From positions 1 to 56,632 of the forward strand of contig DAIMMU010000001.1 of NCBI GenBank assembly GCA_036720515.1: a stretch of 56,632 nt of DNA, given 5' to 3'. Each line of letters opens with the position of its first letter. Within the stretch, counting starts at the first letter, position 1. This document shows positions 39,001-47,545 of this stretch, piece after piece. The translations under genes were made by a program, and so were the position numbers. The notes below the pieces were generated by a model. That model was not told where the DNA came from, made no database searches, and saw only the letters and a program-made list of their open reading frames with translations. The stretch comes from Sedimentibacter sp. (GTDB taxonomy: Bacteria; Bacillota; Clostridia; Tissierellales; Sedimentibacteraceae).

Positions 39001-39552
39001 AAGCTTAACGGACAACTCGTCCCCATATTTTTGAAGGTTGAAAAGTCTTTCTAACATTTCTCTTCTTTCCCTGCCTTCAAGTTTTAAAAATTCACTGAAT
39101 TTACCCTGCGGAAGAACTACCGTCCTTGTAAAGTCATCCAATTTAAGCCCTATTATTTCTTCGGACTTTTTTGTTACATTTCTTGCTTTATCTTCTAATA
39201 CCAGATCACCATCGGTAATATCAACTAATATTGCAGACTTGGTTAGAACATTTCCGGTTTTGGGATCTCTTCTAAATTCCCGGTCAACCCTGTAATGTCT
39301 TACCTCCTTATCTGTTATCCTGAATTCAAAGCTTACCGCCATTGAATCACAGTTAGTGTTCATATAATTTGTGCTTTTTCTTGAAACCTCTCCGTAAAGC
39401 GCAAGGGTAATGCCGTCAAGTATTGTTGATTTACCGCTTCCGGTAGGACCGAATATGCCAAATAAGCCTTTTTGCGTGAGAATTTCAAAATTTATTTCCT
39501 GAGCTTCTATAAAACTGTTAAGACCTTTAATTTTCAGTTTAATCGGCTTCAT
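36058..39552 (-). CDS. sbcC: SbcC/Rad50 ATPase
   Basis: GPTGSGKST, LPQGKF, coiled coil with CPVCGS zinc hook, LSGGE, FLDEGFGTLD. Confidence 0.94.
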   Translation of the reverse strand: MKPIKLKIKGLNSFIEAQEINFEILTQKGLFGIFGPTGSGKSTILDGITLALYGEVSRKSTNYMNTNCDSMAVSFEFRITDKEVRHYRVDREFRRDPKTGNVLTKSAILVDITDGDLVLEDKARNVTKKSEEIIGLKLDDFTRTVVLPQGKFSEFLKLEGRERREMLERLFNLQKYGDELSVKLGNKIKEENQKANIVEGELNGYKDVSDEILEEKNNVFNETYKQLKICKEELLKAEKAYNEGRELWELQNEFYELKIKEKTLKEQEEDIESSKHEVSVLESSLKVKPYVDSYENTLGQISEVKSEIESLSKKAEKIKEDKKTAEISLADAKNKKDTELPKLKIKEQQVLDAIEEKKLLDSLLKEKISLRESILKTDERLNTAVKSLNKNDGNIISINENINAKESKAEKLKVSEEFKNKVNEGIIILSEFESIKKQIVSIEKDINSTKHNIEEAKAKSENLSKLLNEKEKLMGELSGKLKNLNENCPGNQDTLISLKEKLSYAKEKWDKHKEYTFAIEKGLLNTETFGKELKDKQQEKTRIFEKINILKDEIKRLEKENLAYILRESLAVGDICPVCGSTEHHKENILHAEQTGNLEELRNDLKLKEENHEFINSEIIKLSERLAAEESNLSDNNLKLNNLGGEYRDYSVEELRQEFDLLYKAVNKYNTDKTILEKELQTITEEKHSILTDYNNANNASCYNRELLDKLSSDLKSKNTELNKSWEKLSMLKKEIFVEDFKSVRTDINNKEKERAVLEREIKNLRSSLKEEQLNKEKSANECNDLKIQLNEKNTIIAEKTKSIQEKQNIILSKVGVAENLELLKEQIIKSVLQIENQFNMYEKKKNEVEELFNEVNNKIISLQGNLLSLQERSVNDRDMLDKALAEEGIKDVNAAKKNFVPKSEIDKLKAKIEKYNNAVAELNGAFTSLNKKIDNRNLTEEQWNEIQKIKNEKAMMADELQKIATSIEVELKSIVVKLKVKTELLKEKQKLNHKMALLNDLDKLFRGKKFVEFVAANQLKYVSVEASKKLKEITGGTYGLEVDENGKFLIRDYKNGGAQRDATTLSGGETFVASLALALALSSQIQLKGTAPLELFFLDEGFGTLDDNLLETVMDSLEKIHHDKLSIGIISHVESIKNRVPVKLIVTPAVAGLGGSKVKIEKS

Positions 39553-40759
39553 ATTCATCCTCCTCACCGAGTATTCCAAGGAGCATATCCATCAGCTCCC
39601 GCTGAGGCTCTACCTGTCTTTCCTTAATATAAAATTCCTTAAATATTTCTTCAAATGATTTCTCGGAAAAACTGTTAAAATTTATCTCTTCCGTATTTTC
39701 ACCCTTTATAATTGGTGATATTTCAAGGATGTCCTCTTTTTTTGATTTCATCATTTTAATTTCATCTTCCCTTAAATACCTGTCTGTTTTAATTTCTAAG
39801 TATACCCAGCAGTTCTTGTCCTTGTTTTCCTCACACATATCTATTGCTTCTTCTATATTATCGCACTTCCATATTTCAATAGGCTTGTATACTTTAAATT
39901 TAACCTCTTCCACAGTGCATTCTTCATTTGCCTTAACATCTATAATGAATGCCTTTTTATCAAAGTTAATTTCCTTCTTGCCGTAATGTATTGGTGAGCC
40001 TGCGTATCTTGCTCTTTTATTGGTTCCGGGCACTAACTGCGGCTTGTGAATATGACCTAAAGCAATATACTGTGCTTTTTCGGGAAAGCATCCTCCGTCT
40101 ACAACGAAGCTTCCTCCGAGCTGTACATTTCTTTCAGAGCCTGCTTCCTCGCTTCCCATGGCAAACAAATGTGACACTGCAATGTTGATAGTGTCTTCCC
40201 TGTATTTTTTGCTCAATGTATCAAAGAGTATCTTTATTCTTTCGCTGTATGTTTTAACCCTTTGCTCTTCTTCATCCATTGCATCGTATAAAACTTCATT
40301 CAGCCTTTTTTCGCTTGGATACGGTACGGTTAAAACAACCGCTCTCTCGCCGTTTATTTCAACTTCGACAAATCCTTCACCTGAATCCACGACCATGTGC
40401 TTTCCGTATTCCCCCGTATCAGCGACAGACTTGGGTGTTCCAAGCATAATAATCCCGTGGTCTCTTGCTAATGGTCCTGCGGCTACCAATCTTTCCGGAT
40501 TGTCATGGTTGCCTGCAATCACTAATGTTATTCTTTCTCCGTTCGACGAGAGTTTCTTCAATGTATCATAAAACATTTTTTCAGCTCTTGAAGGTGGATT
40601 TGCGCTGTCGTAAATATCTCCCGCAATAATAACCATGTCCACATTTTTTTCTTTGACTATTTCAATAAAATCATTTAAAAATGCTTCTTGCTCGTCCATT
40701 CGGCTGGCACCCTCAAGGCTTTTGCCAAGATGCCAGTCCGAAGTATGCAATATCCTCAT
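39539..40759 (-). CDS. sbcD: SbcD/Mre11 nuclease
   Basis: MRILHTSDWHLG, AGDIYD, GNHD, ALGHIH; overlaps the sbcC start. Confidence 0.95.
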   Translation of the reverse strand: MRILHTSDWHLGKSLEGASRMDEQEAFLNDFIEIVKEKNVDMVIIAGDIYDSANPPSRAEKMFYDTLKKLSSNGERITLVIAGNHDNPERLVAAGPLARDHGIIMLGTPKSVADTGEYGKHMVVDSGEGFVEVEINGERAVVLTVPYPSEKRLNEVLYDAMDEEEQRVKTYSERIKILFDTLSKKYREDTINIAVSHLFAMGSEEAGSERNVQLGGSFVVDGGCFPEKAQYIALGHIHKPQLVPGTNKRARYAGSPIHYGKKEINFDKKAFIIDVKANEECTVEEVKFKVYKPIEIWKCDNIEEAIDMCEENKDKNCWVYLEIKTDRYLREDEIKMMKSKKEDILEISPIIKGENTEEINFNSFSEKSFEEIFKEFYIKERQVEPQRELMDMLLGILGEEDEYEAD

Positions 40760-40901
40760 ATTAGTTCCCCTCTGCACGTTATTTATTATTTTATTATATC
40801 AAAAAAAAGCACTTAAGGATACAGTTACTTGTAAAATCTTGTTTTAATATACAGGCATCTATAGTATAATGACATTATTATTTACATATGGGAGGACAAA
40901 A

Positions 40902-42236
40902 TTGGAATATATAAACCCGTTGGGAGAAGAAAAAATTTCAAAGCTTTTATTAAAATTTTCGTTGCCTGCAATAGTCGGTATGATGGTAAATGCATTATAC
41001 AATGTAGTTGACAGGTTATTTATCGGCAACAGCCCTGAACTTGGAATAAACGGAATAGCGGGAATAACCATAGGTTTTCCCATTATGATAATATCCTTGG
41101 CAATCGGAGTTTTATTCGGTGTGGGCGGTGCTACTAATTTCTCTATGAATTTAGGTGAAAAAAACTATGAAGTGGCGGAAAATACTATTGGTAATACACT
41201 GATGATGCTTATTTCAGCCGGTGTATTATTTATGATTTCAGTTCAAGTAAATTTAGAAACCATTCTCCTTTCCTTCGGTGCCAGCGTGGATATTCTGCCT
41301 TATTCATTGGAATACATGAGTATCATTACTTTGGGAGCGCCGTTTCATATTGTAAGCGTAGGGCTGAATCATTTTATACGTGCCGACGGAAATCCTAAAT
41401 TAGCTATGTACACAATGTTTTTAGGAGCAGGAACCAATATTGTTTTAGACCCAATTTTTATTTATGGTTTAAATATGGGTATGGCAGGAGCCGCCTTGGC
41501 AACTATTATTTCACAGTTTTTTTCATTTTTATGGGTTATTTCATATTTTATCGGAAAACAAAGCAGAAATAAATTAAAGCGTAAATATATGAAACTAAAG
41601 CTCAGTTTGGTTAAAAGAATTACGATGTTGGGAATGCCCGGATTTTTGCTGCAGTTGGCTTCAAGTCTTTTAAATGCGACTTTGAATAAGAGCTTATATA
41701 TTTACGGAGGTGATATAGCCGTTTCCGGAATGGGAGTAATCAACAGCATTCAAACATTTTTAATTATGCCTATCGTTGGTTTAAACCAAGGAGTTCAACC
41801 TATCATCAGCTTTAATTACGGTGCCCGTAAATACGTTAGAGTTAAGGAAGCAATTAAATTAGCCATAAAAACTGCAACAATTGTTGTAACATCAGGATAT
41901 ATTATTACCAGACTTTTTCCTGTACAATTAATATCATTGTTTAACAGGGATCCGGATTTAATCAGCTTTGGACGTTCGGCAATATTTGCTTGGTTTTTAT
42001 GTTTCCCTGTAGTGGGCTTTCAAGTTGTAGCCGCTAACTTTTTTCAGGCAATCGGAAGACCAAAGTCATCTATGTTTTTAACACTTACGAGGCAATTAAT
42101 TTTATTAATCCCTGCCATTTTGATATTCCCTAAGCTATGGGGCTTGAAAGGGCTTTTGTATGCCGCTCCGTTCGCCGATTTTTTATCATTTTTGTTAACA
42201 GCGACTTTCTTTTATTTAGGAATAAAAAAATTATAG
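40902..42236 (+). CDS. MATE family efflux transporter (MepA-like)
   Basis: ALYNVVDRLFIG, IRADGNP, NIVLDP, FQAIG; TTG 40902 after GGAGG (the ORF extends to 40869). Confidence 0.9.
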   Translation: MEYINPLGEEKISKLLLKFSLPAIVGMMVNALYNVVDRLFIGNSPELGINGIAGITIGFPIMIISLAIGVLFGVGGATNFSMNLGEKNYEVAENTIGNTLMMLISAGVLFMISVQVNLETILLSFGASVDILPYSLEYMSIITLGAPFHIVSVGLNHFIRADGNPKLAMYTMFLGAGTNIVLDPIFIYGLNMGMAGAALATIISQFFSFLWVISYFIGKQSRNKLKRKYMKLKLSLVKRITMLGMPGFLLQLASSLLNATLNKSLYIYGGDIAVSGMGVINSIQTFLIMPIVGLNQGVQPIISFNYGARKYVRVKEAIKLAIKTATIVVTSGYIITRLFPVQLISLFNRDPDLISFGRSAIFAWFLCFPVVGFQVVAANFFQAIGRPKSSMFLTLTRQLILLIPAILIFPKLWGLKGLLYAAPFADFLSFLLTATFFYLGIKKL

Positions 42237-42437
42237 CCGCTTGTGCTCATTTATTGTTTTATATTTCTATCAGCACACTTTATATATTATTATCTTTGAT
42301 ATAAAAATTTTCACATGCTGACCTTTAGATTTAATAGTCTATTCTATTTGTATTTAATAATGTTATATGGTAGTATGGATTTGACATAGAATCTTTGTAC
42401 TATGTACTAATATAATTTATGGAAGGTTAAATTTAAC

Positions 42438-43118
42438 ATGGAAGCATCAAAACGCAAGTTATTTTACTATAATTGGATCGGTGAACTGACTTTCTTGGCG
42501 GGTGTTATTAATGTTTGTGCTATGCTTTTATTGGAGTTGAATATTACCCACTCTACTGGAAATATAAGCAAAGCGGCAATTGCTCTTGCTAACGGAGAGT
42601 TCAATGCATTTAGTGAAATATTATTCTATATTATACTTTTCTTTATCGGTTCTGCAATATCAGGTTATATTTATCACGAAAAAAAAACGGATATTACCAA
42701 ATATGATTCAATACTACCGATTTTCTTTGGAATAATAATGTTTATCGCTATAAAAACAACTACCGGCAATATAGTTATTCTCAGAATTATTTCCTTGGGT
42801 ATGGGAATGCAAAACGGTTCATATATTAAATTAAAGGGTATAATAGTAAGAACAACACATATGACGGGATATATTACCGACGCGGGTTTTTGTCTTGGAG
42901 CCTTACTGCACGGTAATCGCAAGGATGCCTGGAAATTAAGATTTTACATAATTTCAATTTTAACCTTTTTCTTGGGTGGTTTTGTATCAGTTTTGCTTAT
43001 TAAATATATAGGCATTAAAGCCATAGAAGTTATAGCAGCTCTATATTGTATTCATGGAATATATATGGGTTATAATTATTTTAAGGTAAAACAAAATGAA
43101 GTTCAAGCTGATATCTAA
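42438..43118 (+). CDS. YoaK / DUF1275 family membrane protein
   Basis: AGVIN, THSTGN, MGMQN, RTTHMTG..TD motifs. Confidence 0.88.
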   Translation: MEASKRKLFYYNWIGELTFLAGVINVCAMLLLELNITHSTGNISKAAIALANGEFNAFSEILFYIILFFIGSAISGYIYHEKKTDITKYDSILPIFFGIIMFIAIKTTTGNIVILRIISLGMGMQNGSYIKLKGIIVRTTHMTGYITDAGFCLGALLHGNRKDAWKLRFYIISILTFFLGGFVSVLLIKYIGIKAIEVIAALYCIHGIYMGYNYFKVKQNEVQADI

Positions 43119-43159
43119 ACACCTGCCATAAAAATGGCATTACACATTATTACAAAATT

Positions 43160-43215
43160 ACCATCCGGGTTGAAAAGTTAGGGGACAATCCGACCGCAGT
43201 AATAATAGCGGAGAT
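43160..43215 (+). ncRNA. Candidate structured RNA resembling the DUF1646 (Na+-I) riboswitch
   Basis: TCCG/CGGA outer stem enclosing GGGTTGAAAA-[GTTAGG..CCGAC hairpin]-CGCAGTAAT; family assignment is from memory of the consensus and is unverified. Confidence 0.45.
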
Positions 43216-43230
43216 TTTTGAAATGGCGGA

Positions 43231-43268
43231 GATGTTCTTTTCATTGGAAAAGGCGAACATCCCCTTTC
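43231..43268. terminator. Hairpin at the 3' end of the MBL hydrolase gene
   Basis: GATGTTC-TTTTC-ATTG-GAAAAG-GC-GAACATC. Confidence 0.5.
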
Positions 43269-44156
43269 CTATCTTTTAATATATTTTATAAAGCAGTTCT
43301 CAATTATTGTTTCTACCCTTTCCGTTTCATACAGGTATTCCACATATGACCTTAACATTCTTTCCGCCAGCCTGTATTTATAAACGCTTTTTACTTCTAT
43401 TTTATATTTTCTGATTACACATTTTAAAATGTCTTCAAAAGTCATTGGCTTTGTTATTTCTTCATATACCCGTTCCGCAATACGGCTGTAATATTTTATA
43501 TTGTCATGTATCAATCCATCAATATCATTCAATATCCCTTTATGAGCAATTATATATGTGCTGCAGTCAAGCTGATGTAATGTTTTCTTGCTCTCCAAAT
43601 CATCCTTTAACACAAATGCATACGGAATCTTTGTACCTTCCATTGTTTCATGAGTTATCAAAGTATCTGCCAAATAACAAACGTCATCCGGAGTTGTTAT
43701 GCATATTTGATCGGAGCTGTGCCCAAATGTATGAAACAGCTTAAAAACGACATCATTAAGTATTATGCTGTCCTGTTTATCATTTATGATAATATCAGTT
43801 TCACATACTAAATTATGATAATAGCTTTTTATTAAAGACATAGGCTGGTCATAAAAAGTTTTGAAGTTTGCATATGAAGAACAAAGGAATGCTTCGTCCC
43901 TGGTCATAGCAATTCTGCAATTGTATTTATCCTTAAAATACGAATTGTTCCCTACATGATCCGGATGAGCATGAGAACATATTATGGTTTTAATTTTTAA
44001 ATTACTGTTTTCCAATACTTCTTCTATCCCAGTGCTTTCTTTTTGATAACCGGAATCCATCAGTATAATATCCCGTTCGTTTAATTTATAAAAAGGTAAA
44101 TAAGTCATACCCGTATCTATGCAATATGTATTGCCTTTTACTCTTATTATTTCCAT
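43269..44156 (-). CDS. MBL-fold metallo-hydrolase
   Basis: SHAHPDHVG, GHS, LAD, AHKG motifs. Confidence 0.9.
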   Translation of the reverse strand: MEIIRVKGNTYCIDTGMTYLPFYKLNERDIILMDSGYQKESTGIEEVLENSNLKIKTIICSHAHPDHVGNNSYFKDKYNCRIAMTRDEAFLCSSYANFKTFYDQPMSLIKSYYHNLVCETDIIINDKQDSIILNDVVFKLFHTFGHSSDQICITTPDDVCYLADTLITHETMEGTKIPYAFVLKDDLESKKTLHQLDCSTYIIAHKGILNDIDGLIHDNIKYYSRIAERVYEEITKPMTFEDILKCVIRKYKIEVKSVYKYRLAERMLRSYVEYLYETERVETIIENCFIKYIKR

Positions 44157-44239
44157 CTTTTCTCCTTTGAAGCCGAAACATATTTGTATCTCAATATCTT
44201 ACTATAAGATTTTAAATTTGTAAATCAATAAGATATTTA

Positions 44240-44297
44240 TTGACAGATTTATATTTAAGCATTACTATTATGTCATACGGTATATCGTGATGCATAA
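44240..44297 (+). promoter_or_regulatory. padR promoter with an imperfect palindromic operator
   Basis: TTGACA-17-TACTAT (44240-44268) followed by TATGTCATACGGTATATCGTGATGCATA. Confidence 0.55.
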
Positions 44298-44373
44298 TAA
44301 GGATTCTAAGTCTGTTGACTTAGAGATAGCTTTTTTAGTATCCTTATTGTTTGCACAATAAAGGAGTGATTTC

Positions 44374-44685
44374 ATGCCCTATGACGGAAGTCCCATGACT
44401 GAAGCAATGTACTATGTGCTGTTAGCTTTATTGCATCCTAATCATGGTTATCAGCTAATGAATGAAATTGAAGAGGTTTCAAAGGGAAGAGTAAAAATGG
44501 GCCCCGGCACTTTGTACGGTGTTCTTGCAAGGCTTCAAAAGGATAATTTGATAATTGTTTTAAATGATGACGGCAGAAGAAAAACATATTCTATTACAAC
44601 GGACGGAATTTCCGCTTTAAAAAAGGAATATGAAAGATTAAATGACATGGTTGATGACGGAGCCATAATTAAGGAGGGATCATGA
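44374..44685 (+). CDS. PadR family transcriptional regulator
   Basis: MTEAMYYVLLAL..HGYQLM..MGPGTLY..RRKTYSIT. Confidence 0.92.
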   Translation: MPYDGSPMTEAMYYVLLALLHPNHGYQLMNEIEEVSKGRVKMGPGTLYGVLARLQKDNLIIVLNDDGRRKTYSITTDGISALKKEYERLNDMVDDGAIIKEGS

Positions 44686-45836
44686 GTAAATTTGCTTACA
44701 GGTTTTTGTTAAGTGATTTGTGGGAATTCGGCAAAAATGAAAGCTGGTTTTCGTATATGGCTGCAAAAGGTATGCATTTGCAAAATGTGGGAAACTGGTT
44801 AGTTACATTTGAAAAAGGAGAACCTAAAAACACGAGGTACAGAATTGAAATTTTGGAAGAAAACCCTACCTTAGAGCAGCTAAATGTATATAAGGAATGC
44901 GGTTGGCAGTTGGTTATGAATAAACAAATATTTTATATATTTTCTTCCCCCGAGGAATTAAATTCAACTGAGCTTCACACTGACCCTATGGAACAAAGTT
45001 TTACATTTAAAATGCTTGATAAGCAAATTAAAAAAAGTACAACAGTAATAGTTATTGCCGTTATTTTAGCATTGGCTTTATTACTCGCTCACCTTTTCTT
45101 GGATAGTGAACCGTACTTGAATTTAATAAGGCGCAGCTCTTTCACCACAATTACAATGACAATTGCTTATATTTATATATTATGTACGGCAATACAAGGA
45201 TATTTTTCGGTAAAGAAAATTAAAAACTCCCTGTTTATGGGCATCCCTATAAACCACAGCCGGAATTGGAAACTTAGTTATTTCTTATCGGCATTGGTGT
45301 ATGTGACTCTGATTCTGTGGATTTTTTCCGCTATAATTTCACCTATTTATTCGGTAATAAAAAGAGAATCATATACATCTCCAAAAGCAGTTGAAAATCT
45401 TCCCGCTATTCGTATAAATGAGATTGAAAGCGGTAAAATATATGATTATTGGCATGACCTGCAGTATAATTGGAGTTTATTATCACCTGTGCAATACAGA
45501 ATATATGAGGGCGGTTATGTGGAAGGTGAAATGCAGGAGGATTTCAGCGGTGCATATTCACCGGCAAGTGTAATTACCAGGTATTATGAATTAGCATTTA
45601 AAGGTATGGCTGAAGGGCTTTTAAAGGATTTGATTCATCATTATCATCGTGACTACCGGGATATTGAGCCTGTAAAAATTGAAAGCAATAAATTTGATCT
45701 GTTATACATTTTTGACTACGAAAACATCAAGTCAATATATGCAAGTTTTGACAACAAAGTTATCTATGTGAAATATTACGGCAATGAAGATCTTGATAAA
45801 ATCATTTCATTAATAGAAAAGAGGTATGGTTTGTAG
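44682..45836 (+). CDS. DUF2812 membrane protein
   Basis: ESWFSYMAAKGMHL..FEKGEP..YR..GW..LHTD; three TMs; coupled to padR. Confidence 0.82.
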   Translation: MSKFAYRFLLSDLWEFGKNESWFSYMAAKGMHLQNVGNWLVTFEKGEPKNTRYRIEILEENPTLEQLNVYKECGWQLVMNKQIFYIFSSPEELNSTELHTDPMEQSFTFKMLDKQIKKSTTVIVIAVILALALLLAHLFLDSEPYLNLIRRSSFTTITMTIAYIYILCTAIQGYFSVKKIKNSLFMGIPINHSRNWKLSYFLSALVYVTLILWIFSAIISPIYSVIKRESYTSPKAVENLPAIRINEIESGKIYDYWHDLQYNWSLLSPVQYRIYEGGYVEGEMQEDFSGAYSPASVITRYYELAFKGMAEGLLKDLIHHYHRDYRDIEPVKIESNKFDLLYIFDYENIKSIYASFDNKVIYVKYYGNEDLDKIISLIEKRYGL

Positions 45837-45840
45837 TTAT

Positions 45841-45868
45841 AAAAATGGCGCATTTCTGCGCCATTTTT
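45841..45868. terminator. Bidirectional terminator
   Basis: AAAAATGGCGCA-TTTC-TGCGCCATTTTT between convergent genes. Confidence 0.88.
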
Positions 45869-47053
45869 CTATTTAAATTCCTTTATTAATTTTTCAAATA
45901 CGGGCAATGCTTTTTTACATTTTTCAGTATCCACACAATAAGACAATCTCAAGTGAGTTTTAGTTCCAAAGCCTGTTCCCGGAACCACCAATACATCATA
46001 TTTCTTTGCTTTTTGTGAAAATTCTTCTGAATTTCCGTTTGGTGCTTCGATGAATAAATAGAATGCACCGTCCGGTTTAACAACATTATATCCCATTTCT
46101 GTCAATCCGTTATAAAGAATGTCCCCGTTTCTCCTGTAAACTTCCAATTTTGGCTTAACATTAATGCATTTTTCAATAACATGCTGGAAAAGTGTCGGAG
46201 CACATACGTATCCAAGAACTCTTGCAGCCCCTCCCACTGCAGCCATTACGGTTTCATTGCCGTCGCATTTGTCATTTATTAGAATATAACCAATACGTTC
46301 CCCGGGCAGAGATAATGATTTTGACCAGGAATAGCAAACAATCGTATTATCATAATAGTTTGGCACAAATGGAACAGGCTCATCCGTGAATACAAGCTCT
46401 CTGTATGGCTCATCGGAAATCAGATAAATAATCTGACCTAAATCATCCTGCATATTTTTCAGATAATCTGTCAACGCTTTTATTTCTTCCTTTGAATAAA
46501 CTACACCGGAAGGATTGTTTGGAGAATTAATCAGAATGGCTTTGGTATTTTTATTCACGGCTTCTTTAATTCCTTCAAAATTAAGTCTCATATCATTGCG
46601 GTTTGGAACCAGTTTCATCTTAGCTCCCTGTCCTTCTACAAAAACTTTATATTCGGGAAAATAAGGAGCCAAAACGATTATTTCATCATCAGACGATGCT
46701 GTCAAAGCTTTAAAAACTATGTTTAACGAAGCAGCTGCCCCGCAGGTTATGAACAAATCATTCAATGAATAGGATGTTCCGAATCTATCGTTTAAATTCC
46801 CTGCAATTGCCTTTCTGCATCCGGCATGTCCCTGCGATGTGCTGTATCCGTGATAAACCATGGGGTCATCATTCTTCACAATGTCTATAATTGCATCCTG
46901 AACCTCTTCAGGAGACGGAACACTTGGATTTCCAAGGCTGAAATCCAACACATTTTCTGCTCCCACAATTTCAGCTCTTTGCAATCCGTAAGCAAACAGT
47001 TCTCTTATGACAGATCTTTGCGTCCCTAACTTAATCATATCTTGTGATATCAT
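45869..47053 (-). CDS. PLP-dependent class I/II (aspartate-type) aminotransferase
   Basis: DFSLGNP, NSPNNPSG, SDEPY, SWSKSLSLPGERIGY; ATG 47053 after GGAGG. Confidence 0.92.
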   Translation of the reverse strand: MISQDMIKLGTQRSVIRELFAYGLQRAEIVGAENVLDFSLGNPSVPSPEEVQDAIIDIVKNDDPMVYHGYSTSQGHAGCRKAIAGNLNDRFGTSYSLNDLFITCGAAASLNIVFKALTASSDDEIIVLAPYFPEYKVFVEGQGAKMKLVPNRNDMRLNFEGIKEAVNKNTKAILINSPNNPSGVVYSKEEIKALTDYLKNMQDDLGQIIYLISDEPYRELVFTDEPVPFVPNYYDNTIVCYSWSKSLSLPGERIGYILINDKCDGNETVMAAVGGAARVLGYVCAPTLFQHVIEKCINVKPKLEVYRRNGDILYNGLTEMGYNVVKPDGAFYLFIEAPNGNSEEFSQKAKKYDVLVVPGTGFGTKTHLRLSYCVDTEKCKKALPVFEKLIKEFK

Positions 47054-47084
47054 TATAATATCCTCCAAAATTTATATTTTTTTC

Positions 47085-47513
47085 CTACACATCCATTTTA
47101 ATATACTTTCCCATTAATGTAAATGATTTATAAGTTGCACTGAGCACTATTTGAATTACACCTAAAATAATAAACTCAACCGATGCTAAATACCATTCTC
47201 CCAAGATAATTACCTGCATTATAATAAATAATAAAAGTATACAACCCATAATTAAGGATAATCTGTGCGGATTATCCCTTCTTATAAAGCTGATAACAAA
47301 AGCAGCTAAATTGCCTGCCCCAAATACGATAATTAAAATAATTCCGGGAATAAACCAGCTGTCAAAAGGAAGGGCATCTGAAAACTCCTTAGGAAATCCT
47401 TCAGAAAATATCCCGTATTTTGAGTTTATCATCATAGCTCCTACCACAATAAAACCTAACGCCAATAACAAATCAAAGAGTCTCATAAATAATAAATTTA
47501 CTTTGCCTTTCAT
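47085..47513 (-). CDS. Hypothetical 4-TM membrane protein
   Basis: PFDSWFIPGIIL motif; hydrophobic; AAGGAGG RBS. Confidence 0.75.
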   Translation of the reverse strand: MKGKVNLLFMRLFDLLLALGFIVVGAMMINSKYGIFSEGFPKEFSDALPFDSWFIPGIILIIVFGAGNLAAFVISFIRRDNPHRLSLIMGCILLLFIIMQVIILGEWYLASVEFIILGVIQIVLSATYKSFTLMGKYIKMDV

Positions 47514-47545
47514 CGTTAACCTCCTTTTAGATGAATAAACCTAAC

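Noticed and set aside
10483..40759. addAB plus sbcCD as a dedicated DNA-repair or defence island
   Set aside because: Both are ordinary housekeeping genes, 18 kb apart and separated by unrelated metabolic genes
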